DNA of 64,000 nucleotides from Bdellovibrionota bacterium. GTDB lineage: Bacteria > Bdellovibrionota > UBA2428. Each line of letters begins with the position of its first letter. Within the stretch, counting starts at the first letter, position 1. Both the position numbers and the translations under genes were made by a program. Positions 49,860-57,244 of the stretch are shown here, piece by piece. The notes beneath the pieces are model-generated. The model worked only from the letters and a program-made list of their open reading frames with translations. It was not told where the DNA came from and did no database searches. The stretch lies in NCBI GenBank assembly GCA_044347615.1, contig JBIKUK010000003.1, forward strand, positions 209,151-273,150. Reading direction: 5' to 3'.

Positions 49860-51119
49860 CTATTTTTCAAAACTGACAAAGATTGTTTTTGATTTCAAAA
49901 CCAAAAGCTCACCTTCTGCAGCTCCTTTTGGCTTTTTTAAATAACGACGCTCGGTATAGTCTACAGGAATCCACGATCCTCTCACTTTTGAATGTTTCAC
50001 GGCCACTAACGCCGCTTCTTGCAACACGACTTGTGAGGCTTCATCTTTTGACCCAAAACCTTTTTGTCCTCTTCGAAGCCAAACGTGGCCCCCTTTTTGG
50101 CCGCGAATATGAAACCATAGATCACGACTCCGAGCCTGACGATAAAGCTCATCGTTCTCTGTGGCCCTTCGACCAACCACAAGCTCCAAATCATTTGCAA
50201 TTTTCTGAACAGATCCTATCTTATTTTGTTTTTTTGTTTGTCCTTGATTTGTTTTTTTCTTTTGAAAGGACTCTTGAGTTGTTTTTGCTTCATTTTCTTT
50301 TGCCACCTCAAAAAGACGCTCTTGAGCCTTTTGTACTTTTCTCTCGTGCCTTTTAAGAAGTTGCTTCATGCGATCGAGAGATGTTTTTCGATATTCTTTT
50401 TTAAACACTACACCCTTTATCTCAAAAAGCTTTGCTAAAAAATCTTTTGTCCACCCAGGAAGAACGGAGGATTCCTCGCCCCACATAGTAGGATTCTCTA
50501 AAAAGAAACGAATAGCTTTTTCATTATGCAAAATCCAATCTTGAGCTTTTTTTAAATCACTCTCTATATTTTGCAGAAGTTTTTTTTTCTTTGAAGAATC
50601 TTGCGCAACTAAAAGTTGTTTCGAATTTTTATCATCAAAATCTTTCAATTTTAATTCTTCGAGAGAGGCCCAACGAGGGAGTGCTTGTTGATAGTCTTTT
50701 CGCCCTTCTACATTAAGGACACACGCTTTTTGAGCAAGATCCCATCTCATCGAACGATCGCCAAAATCAAAAAGAATTTCTCGACCCGTTTCACTCACTA
50801 AAAGATTCTGCAAGAAATGTCCTACAAAATGAGCCTTTAAATAAAGAAGCAGCGGTGTTTTTTTAGCGAGAAACTGCTCCTTTTGGAATGTGTTGAACGA
50901 GGCCACACGCAGACTGCCTTCAAAGTATCCAAAAGCCTGTTCTCTCAGATGAGGATAAAAGTCTAAAACAATGATTTCTTTGAGATTTTCTTTAGAGAAA
51001 AGTCGTGCGGTTTGAAGCTTCAAAGGAGCCCCAAAACTCTTGACTTGATGCATTAATTCTTGTACCTTCTGGGAAGCTTTTTTACAGAAAGCAGTTTGAG
51101 AGGTATCTTCATTTTCCAT
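49860..51119 (-). CDS. NFACT-family (RqcH/FbpA-like, DUF814) protein, short form
   Basis: C-terminal NFACT-R pattern VVGRRATENDELY...DLWFHIRGQKGGHVWL...IPVDYTERRYLKKPKGAAEGELLV, closely parallel to B. subtilis RqcH. Central Lys-rich coiled coil. Start taken at ATG 51119 (an alternative is 51053); the ORF extension to 51275 is rejected. Confidence 0.72.
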   Translation of the reverse strand: MENEDTSQTAFCKKASQKVQELMHQVKSFGAPLKLQTARLFSKENLKEIIVLDFYPHLREQAFGYFEGSLRVASFNTFQKEQFLAKKTPLLLYLKAHFVGHFLQNLLVSETGREILFDFGDRSMRWDLAQKACVLNVEGRKDYQQALPRWASLEELKLKDFDDKNSKQLLVAQDSSKKKKLLQNIESDLKKAQDWILHNEKAIRFFLENPTMWGEESSVLPGWTKDFLAKLFEIKGVVFKKEYRKTSLDRMKQLLKRHERKVQKAQERLFEVAKENEAKTTQESFQKKKTNQGQTKKQNKIGSVQKIANDLELVVGRRATENDELYRQARSRDLWFHIRGQKGGHVWLRRGQKGFGSKDEASQVVLQEAALVAVKHSKVRGSWIPVDYTERRYLKKPKGAAEGELLVLKSKTIFVSFEK

Positions 51120-51921
51120 GGCGACTAAAAAGAAAGCAGCTCCTAAAGCTAAAAGCAAATCCTCTGCAGGCTCAAGCCCTGCAGCAAAGAAAAAACCCGC
51201 CCAGAGCAGTAAAGCCAAAACTCCTGCTCCAAAGGTTGTTGCAAAAGCTGCTTCTACAAAAGCAAGCTCCGCCAAAGCAGTCCCTGCAAAAAAAGTTGCT
51301 GCAGAAAAATCGCCTACTCAAAAAACAGCTCCTCAAAAAGCTCTGCATTCCAAAGCTCCTCTGGCTCCAACGATAGAACAAAAACGCGATCAAGCTGCAG
51401 AAGCTGTGAAAGCAGCTCTTGAAGCTTCTAAAAAGCTTAAAGAAACAACAGAGGAAGACGAATTCGACCCGGAAGCTTTTTTTGCGGCTTCTGGTGGAGA
51501 AGGACTTTTCAAAGCACACACGATGCGAAAAGAACGCGTTGATGTGAACCTTGATATTCGCTACCGAATTATGGAAAAAGGCCCTATCGTTCATCACGCA
51601 GAATTGATGAACCTTTCAAAGACAGGACTTTGTCTTCGAACCAAAGATGTGTTCAAAGCTAAAACTGTTTTAAGAATTGAAATTCCTCTCCCTCACACGG
51701 CAGAACTTTTTTCTGTTCAAGCGGCAGTTGTTTGGAGCCAAAAGATGGCTGCTCCCGAGTTTGGTGACGCCATCCATACGGGTCTTCACTTCATGCCCAT
51801 GAATCAGGCAAAACAAGCCGTGATCAATAACTTCATCCAACAACGTCGTGATGAAATAATCATGGCTAAAATCGGTCTTGATAAATTTACCGATGTTGTG
51901 CCCGTAGCTGGCCTTGATTAA
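51118..51921 (+). CDS. PilZ-domain protein with N-terminal histone-H1/AlgP-like Lys/Ala/Pro-rich tail
   Basis: Residues 1-~100 are AKKA/PAKK-type low complexity. The C-terminal ~130 aa fit PilZ (MRKERVDV...x25...NLSKTGLCL, VVWSQ, GLHFMPM). The N-terminal Arg motif is RxxR rather than canonical RxxxR. Confidence 0.7.
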   Translation: MATKKKAAPKAKSKSSAGSSPAAKKKPAQSSKAKTPAPKVVAKAASTKASSAKAVPAKKVAAEKSPTQKTAPQKALHSKAPLAPTIEQKRDQAAEAVKAALEASKKLKETTEEDEFDPEAFFAASGGEGLFKAHTMRKERVDVNLDIRYRIMEKGPIVHHAELMNLSKTGLCLRTKDVFKAKTVLRIEIPLPHTAELFSVQAAVVWSQKMAAPEFGDAIHTGLHFMPMNQAKQAVINNFIQQRRDEIIMAKIGLDKFTDVVPVAGLD

Positions 51922-51939
51922 GTAACAAGCTTCTTCTTT

Positions 51940-51960
51940 AATTATCTCGAGGAGATAATT
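51940..51960 (+). promoter_or_regulatory. perfect 9-bp inverted repeat covering the yceI Shine-Dalgarno
   Basis: AATTATCTC-GAG-GAGATAATT, ending at the base before the yceI ATG. The GGAG (51951-51954) lies in the loop/3-prime arm. Confidence 0.4.
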
Positions 51961-52578
51961 ATGAAAAAACTTGGCTTAATGACTTGTCTATTGCTTTCAC
52001 CTTCTGCATTTAGCGCGGTCTATGCACTTGATCCCACTCACACAACAGTTGGATTTGAAGTGATTCACTTGGGAATTTCAAAAGTCCCTGGAAAATTCAA
52101 AGAGTTCAAAGGAACTTTTGAGTTTGATGAAAAGTCTCAAACGTTGAAAGATTTGAACGTCGAAATCAAAACAGCATCCATCAACACAGAAAACACTGAT
52201 CGTGATAGTCATTTAAAAGCCGCTGATTTTTTAAATGTCGAAAAGTTTCCTCTTTCAACATTTAAAATCACAAAACCCGTAAAGCTTGATGGCAAACCCA
52301 TCAAAGGTGAACTCACTCTTCTTGGCAAAACACAAAACGTGACTCTCAACGTGAAATATAACGGCAGCGCAAGTATGGGTGGCACACAAAAAACAGCCTT
52401 CGATGCTCAGGGCAAAATCGACCGCACTCAATTTGGAATGACGTGGAACAAAGAAATTGAAGCGGCTCATAAGCCCGATGCGCTCAAAAAAGCTGTGAAC
52501 AAAGCAAAAGACCTCGCAATTAGCAACGAAGTTGCGATCATCATCAACGTGGAAGCTAATCAAGAAAAAACCAAGTAA
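51961..52578 (+). CDS. yceI: YceI-family periplasmic polyisoprenoid-binding protein
   Basis: Signal peptide LLSPSAFSA, YALDPTHTTVGFEVIHLGISKVPGKFKEF, and TENTDRDSHLK. Confidence 0.88.
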   Translation: MKKLGLMTCLLLSPSAFSAVYALDPTHTTVGFEVIHLGISKVPGKFKEFKGTFEFDEKSQTLKDLNVEIKTASINTENTDRDSHLKAADFLNVEKFPLSTFKITKPVKLDGKPIKGELTLLGKTQNVTLNVKYNGSASMGGTQKTAFDAQGKIDRTQFGMTWNKEIEAAHKPDALKKAVNKAKDLAISNEVAIIINVEANQEKTK

Positions 52579-52596
52579 ATCTTTTACGATTTCTGC

Positions 52597-52635
52597 AAAA
52601 AAGCCCGATTGCTCCCGTGGCAATTGGGCTTTTTC
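52597..52635 (+). terminator. rho-independent terminator after yceI
   Basis: An A-run, then an 11-bp stem AGCCCGATTGC/GCAATTGGGCT (one G-U pair), a 7-nt loop and TTTT. Confidence 0.8.
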
Positions 52636-52674
52636 ATGTTAATTATTTAGTCTTTACACCGGGATCAACATTAT

Positions 52675-52751
52675 CGGCGTGTAGCGCAGACTGGTAGCGC
52701 ATCTGCTTTGGGAGCAGGGGGTCGCAGGTTCAAATCCTGCCACGCCGACCA
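52675..52751 (+). tRNA. tRNA-Pro (anticodon UGG)
   Basis: Manual cloverleaf: acceptor CGGCGTG/CACGCCG, D-stem GCGC/GCGC, anticodon stem TCTGC/GCAGG with loop TT-TGG-GA (G37), 5-nt variable loop, T-arm GCAGG-TTCAAAT-CCTGC, discriminator A and encoded CCA. 77 nt. Confidence 0.95.
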
Positions 52752-53726
52752 TTTTTCGGTAAACGAAAATGGATTGAACCCAGAAATCCAGAGAACTCAA
52801 ATACATAAATAACTGTAGAAGAGATGCTCACGAAGAAGCGATTACATAGGCCTAGCTAGAAATTTTCAATACTAGTACCCTACCATTGGACCTGAACAAA
52901 GCTTTAAGCTATTGGGCACCTAACGAAACAGTTACCTGCGAAAATGCGTCTGAAAGATAGTCGAAATATTTTTCTAGTAAAGTCCATTTAGATGAGTAAT
53001 GATCTATTTTTTATTTGTATTTGAAATGAACTTTGCTTGCATAAGTGTTTATAATTATAAAACACATCGATTACCCTCGAACCCAATCGATATCTTTGTA
53101 ATTCCGATAGCTGCAAAATTAAAAGACATTTGACATAAAAGAGGGATCATTATTTTGAAATGATTTATCAAATTTATCTTTTATTGGATCCCGCTGCATC
53201 TGGTTTTTCAAAATATCAATGACTTCTTTTTTTGAAGAAGGATCGAGTCTATTAGTAACAACACTTGATTCTGACCAAAGCCATCCATCCCCCAAACCCC
53301 CAAAATTGTACAATTATTAGATGTGCAGTTAAATACAAAAAAATCGATTAACAAGATTGTCATAATTTTCTTTGGATTAGCTGAATAAATTTTGTAGGGA
53401 CAGAACAATAAGCACAAAAGGAAATTTCTTAAGTTACACATAAATACACATATAACTTTCAGAATCATATTAAGTTACATGATTTTTATCGGACCTGATT
53501 TTATTGGCACAAACCTTGTGTAATTTTATATCCTAGCTCACAACAGAAGAATCAATAAACTTTAAGGGAAAGGTTAAATATTTCATGGATAAAACCTGCA
53601 GCTAGCTCAAACAATCAAGATTGAATTTCTTGAACTCAGAGAAAAACTCCATCCAAGCTATTTTCGAAAAAAAACTTTTTAACGTGGCATTTAGGAGAGG
53701 ATCACGAAAGATTCAACAAGAAAACA

Positions 53727-54989
53727 CTAAGCCAAAGCACTTGAAGATCGATCATGCCTTGGGTGAAAAATTAAAAAATAAATCACAGTAAAAACAAGCC
53801 AGTAAGCATTCAAGGGACTTAAAAAAAATCCTCCCAAAAGCTGAACAGTTAAAGAAAAAATAATAAAGTAAAAATAGAAATTAATTGAATCTATGTTTTT
53901 TCTTCTTTTTAAAGAAAATAATCTTATGTACAAGTTTAAATATAAAAGAAGAAATAAAATTAATCCGACAAGTCCATAAGAAAGGACAATATTAACAATC
54001 TCGTTATGAGGTGCAGTTCCAACAAAAGCTTTCAAACTTGAAAGATTATCAGTAAATTCACATTTAGTTCCATCCAACTCGTAAGACAGACAAAAACCAC
54101 CTGGCCCGTAGCCAAGGAGTATATTTTTCTTGATTAAATCAAGTCCTATAATCCAAAGGTCAGACCTTCCTGTTAAAGTTGTAAAATCTCTATTAAAAAA
54201 AGTGTCCAAAAAACGGAACTGAACATTTAACAAAAATATCACGGGAATGATTAATACTTTTAAAAAAACTGAAATTAAAGTTTTTAAACTGTTCTTTTGA
54301 GTAAAAGAATTAAAAATATTACAAAAATACAAGACAAAAAACATAGCGAAAATAGATGCTATTGAGCCTGAAGCCAGAAATAGAACCAAAAGTAAAAACA
54401 TATAAAATAGTTTGGAGAGAAAGTTTTCCCTTAAAGAAATTAAATTATTTTTAGAAAAAAAATATAATATTGAAATATTAATAATTGCTGCAAAATGACC
54501 CTTTGTGGCCATAACGCCCCTTAGCCCAAACCTAAACCCAGTAAAAGAATCTAAAGGATCATCTCCCTGCCCCCAAGTAGCTCGTACAGGATCCACGACA
54601 TATGTCACCAATGAAATAATAACAATGAAGATTAAAATGTTTTTAAATAATTCTAAAACTTTGTTCTCCTCAAAACGGTATACAATATAAGAAGAGAATA
54701 AAACAATATCTAGATTACGCACAAAATCTAAGAATCCAAAAGCTTTATTCATATTCCACGATATAGAAAAACCAGCCAAAGCTAAAAACGAAAAAAAAAT
54801 AGGATGACTACGAATTATTTTTACAAAAATTTGAATTCTAAAAAGAAAATAAAATATTGCAACAAGAAAAGAACAAGAAAGAAATACCAGCTTTAAAAAA
54901 AAAACTGCTTTAAAATCGCTAAAAGAACTAAGAGCACCAAATCTAAAAAAAACTCCAAAAAACGTAATCCAATACTCAAAAAAAGCCAT
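53727..54989 (-). CDS. O-antigen ligase/polymerase-family (Wzy_C-type) polytopic membrane protein
   Basis: 420 aa, about 10-12 TM helices, very AT-rich codons. Periplasmic-loop region followed by APHNEIVNIVLSYGLVGLILFLL, resembling the Wzy_C/WaaL signature. Confidence 0.72.
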   Translation of the reverse strand: MAFFEYWITFFGVFFRFGALSSFSDFKAVFFLKLVFLSCSFLVAIFYFLFRIQIFVKIIRSHPIFFSFLALAGFSISWNMNKAFGFLDFVRNLDIVLFSSYIVYRFEENKVLELFKNILIFIVIISLVTYVVDPVRATWGQGDDPLDSFTGFRFGLRGVMATKGHFAAIINISILYFFSKNNLISLRENFLSKLFYMFLLLVLFLASGSIASIFAMFFVLYFCNIFNSFTQKNSLKTLISVFLKVLIIPVIFLLNVQFRFLDTFFNRDFTTLTGRSDLWIIGLDLIKKNILLGYGPGGFCLSYELDGTKCEFTDNLSSLKAFVGTAPHNEIVNIVLSYGLVGLILFLLLYLNLYIRLFSLKRRKNIDSINFYFYFIIFSLTVQLLGGFFLSPLNAYWLVFTVIYFLIFHPRHDRSSSALA

Positions 54990-55100
54990 GTTGTATAAAT
55001 TTTATCATATGAAAAAAATAATCTTCAAAAAGATTTTAACATTCACAGAAACGCGCACAGCGTTGGTACTGAATTAGACACTTTCTAAAATAAAGGTGCT

Positions 55101-55877
55101 CTAAATAAATTTTAAAAAATAAAGTATCGCCTTAGTAAATTCAGAAAAAGCTCTCAAAGTAAGGTAGCAAAACCTGTTTAAAAATGAAGTTTCATGTTTC
55201 CAGTATATTTTTTTAAATTGTAGCATGCCCCTGATTCTTCTCGAAGAGACTTGATCTCGATGTTTTTGATGTACAACTAGGTAAGAATTGATTTTCTTTA
55301 TTCTATCAGTCTGACTAACAATCCTTAAAGCAAGATCTATATCAATTTTTGACGACAAACCTTCATCGTAACCACCCAAGGCGTTAATAAATTCCTTTCT
55401 ATAAATTATAGCTGAATGCTTGAAGGGCACGACAGGAAAAGCCATGATTCTTCTTTTTGCACATTTTTTATTTTTGAATTCCGGATAACTAAGATAAGGA
55501 ATAACCTTACCTCTAAAACTGACAAAAATATCTCCGTAGAAAACATCAATTTGAGGAAATTTTAACATTTCCCCTTTAACTACAGAGAGAGCACCACTTC
55601 GTAAATAATCATCCGAATCTAAAATGTAAACAAAATCATTTGTAGCTTTTTTGTTTCCAAAATTTCTAGCAGCTGAAATTCCCTGGCCAGTAGACTTAAA
55701 AACCTTAACAAATGAATTATCCTTGTATTTTTTAAGGACTGATTCGTATGACCCATCACCTGAATGATCGTCTACAAAAATAACCTCATCACCTTGATCG
55801 ACTTGCGCCAAAGCAGAGTCAATAGCTCGAATTAAAAAAGGACCAGAGTTTTTACCTATTATAACAACACTAATCAT
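55101..55877 (-). CDS. family 2 glycosyltransferase
   Basis: 258 aa; MISVVIIGKNSGPFLIRAIDSALAQ, VIFVDDHSGDGS, and DSDD (DxD). Confidence 0.85.
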   Translation of the reverse strand: MISVVIIGKNSGPFLIRAIDSALAQVDQGDEVIFVDDHSGDGSYESVLKKYKDNSFVKVFKSTGQGISAARNFGNKKATNDFVYILDSDDYLRSGALSVVKGEMLKFPQIDVFYGDIFVSFRGKVIPYLSYPEFKNKKCAKRRIMAFPVVPFKHSAIIYRKEFINALGGYDEGLSSKIDIDLALRIVSQTDRIKKINSYLVVHQKHRDQVSSRRIRGMLQFKKIYWKHETSFLNRFCYLTLRAFSEFTKAILYFLKFI

Positions 55878-56022
55878 CTGTTAGTTATTATAAACACAAC
55901 ATCTTTTAAAAAAGACATTTTGATAATGAAATTTAACTCCCTAATTTGTTTGCTAAATTATTCAAAACCTCAAGTAGAGAGGAAAATCATCATTTTAAAT
56001 GCTTCAAAGCAAAACTTGTCTA

Positions 56023-56043
56023 TAAGTTAAGTTTTAAGTTAAG
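56023..56043 (+). repeat. two direct copies of TAAGTTAAG in 12-nt phase, in a divergent intergenic region
   Basis: Copies at 56023-56031 and 56035-56043. A TTGACA hexamer follows at 56050-56055, but I found no convincing -10. Confidence 0.3.
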
Positions 56044-56197
56044 GAACTATTGACAGTGAATTCTTGCCTCAAAAACTACTTTTAGCATTTGATCAAGTAA
56101 CGATAACCTCTATAAAAGAGCAAAAGCCGGACAAAAAACTAATTTTACAAAATAAAAAAGCTTGAGTTTTAATGCGACGTGTTATAGCCTCCCTTAA

Positions 56198-57205
56198 TTG
56201 AAATATTCATCCCTCTTTCTATCTCTGTACCTTTTGAGCACTCTTGAATGGCTCTCGGCTAGCACCCCTAAGCATCCACCCTGCCGAGAAATCTTAAAAC
56301 AAAGTTTCGACCGTGATAAAGAAGCTTTTAAAAATGAAATTTTTGGACCCGGAGAAAACCTGCTTCAAAGCTATTTTTCGCATTCTAACTTTTATAGAAT
56401 ACCAAAGTCCGACCAAATAGATTTTGCCCTTCACGCTAAATTTGAAATCATACAAAACATGATCGACCAAGGAACCGACATTCATCCCATTCCTCACTCA
56501 ACAGCTTTTGTTGTTTTTGGAGGAAAATCTCGGATTGGTCGCATAGCTCACAATCTAAGAAGACAAGGAATCAATCTTTTAATTGATTTTGAAACTCTTT
56601 ATTTTTACGGTATCGACGGATTCTACTCACCTCGAAATAAAATCATCACTCTTGGCTTAGAAGAGGCTCTCTTTCCTAATCAAGTTAGTTATTCATTACT
56701 CCATGAAGCGACACATGCCTTTATAGACCAAAAAGTTTTATTCGTTCCCAAAATTCTCAGCGAACAAAACACCCCTCATTCTTCAGAATCCCAGGACTAC
56801 GCTGAATTTACAATTGATGAAGTCATCACTTACTCAAAACAAATGCTTCAAATGGTGAATCCTGAAATCAGCACACAGACCCCCAGAAGAACAAACGCAG
56901 CTCGGGCGAGTGGATTATTTTCTGCAAGTCAGTTTATGAAAGACCTGTCCGTAAGGATCGTGGCCAAAAAAGATTCACTTCTTCGAATTGTACATTTTTT
57001 AAAACAAGCCGAAGAGAACCCCTCTTTGATCAACACAGAGCTAGACACTTTTGGGCTCAATCCAAATGAGCTCGACCCAAACATCTCACTTGCTAAAAGT
57101 GGTTTTTTACATGAAGAGCCCCAAAAAATAAACTCTAAGATAAGAGCCACACGAGTTGTGATTGAAGAAGCTCTTCGTATCGCCGAATTAGCTCTGGGAA
57201 TTTAA
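56198..57205 (+). CDS. hypothetical secreted protein with HExxH motif
   Basis: TTG start as drawn (uncertain, no SD). Leader MKYSSLFLSLYLLSTLEWLSAS. Single LLHEATHAF zinc-protease-like motif. No family recognised. Confidence 0.5.
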   Translation: MKYSSLFLSLYLLSTLEWLSASTPKHPPCREILKQSFDRDKEAFKNEIFGPGENLLQSYFSHSNFYRIPKSDQIDFALHAKFEIIQNMIDQGTDIHPIPHSTAFVVFGGKSRIGRIAHNLRRQGINLLIDFETLYFYGIDGFYSPRNKIITLGLEEALFPNQVSYSLLHEATHAFIDQKVLFVPKILSEQNTPHSSESQDYAEFTIDEVITYSKQMLQMVNPEISTQTPRRTNAARASGLFSASQFMKDLSVRIVAKKDSLLRIVHFLKQAEENPSLINTELDTFGLNPNELDPNISLAKSGFLHEEPQKINSKIRATRVVIEEALRIAELALGI

Positions 57206-57244
57206 AGAAAATTCATTCATAATCATCTTAAGGGGTCACTTAAG

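Noticed and set aside
51120-51275. A 52-codon N-terminal extension of the NFACT ORF (MAELAFVEAAFATTFGAGVLALLLWAGFFFAAGLEPAEDLLLALGAAFFLVA...).
   Set aside because: It is the antisense mirror of the Lys/Ala-rich coding repeats of the + strand gene (GCN/AAR codons read backwards give A/F/L-rich open frames). The recognisable protein starts at or after the ATG at 51119.
51505-51530. Whether the PilZ domain has the canonical c-di-GMP motif.
   Set aside because: This is not rejected as PilZ, but the N-terminal motif is RKER (RxxR) rather than RxxxR. I therefore do not claim c-di-GMP binding as established; only the (D/N)xSxxG half (NLSKTG) is canonical.
51172-51597. A 141-aa minus-strand ORF inside the PilZ/H1-tail gene.
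   Set aside because: It is a Cys/Phe/Ser/Arg-rich low-complexity translation, antisense to the Lys/Ala repeats. It has no start context or motif and is a compositional artefact.
52749-52772. A hairpin formed by the tRNA-Pro CCA end and downstream sequence (CCATTTTTCG-GTAAA-CGAAAATGG), with a second 5-bp hairpin right after.
   Set aside because: It is imperfect (one bulge) and AT-rich, with no T-run. It may aid 3-prime processing, but nothing distinguishes it from chance.
53119-53468. Two overlapping minus-strand ORFs (64 and 86 aa) in the spacer after tRNA-Pro.
   Set aside because: There are no motifs and they overlap each other in different frames. The 86-aa one is Cys/Phe/Leu/Ile-rich as expected from AT-rich noise. 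Neither is reported as a gene. The 64-aa one (…GGLGDGWLW…DPSSKKEVIDILKNQ…) could be a gene fragment, but I cannot support it.
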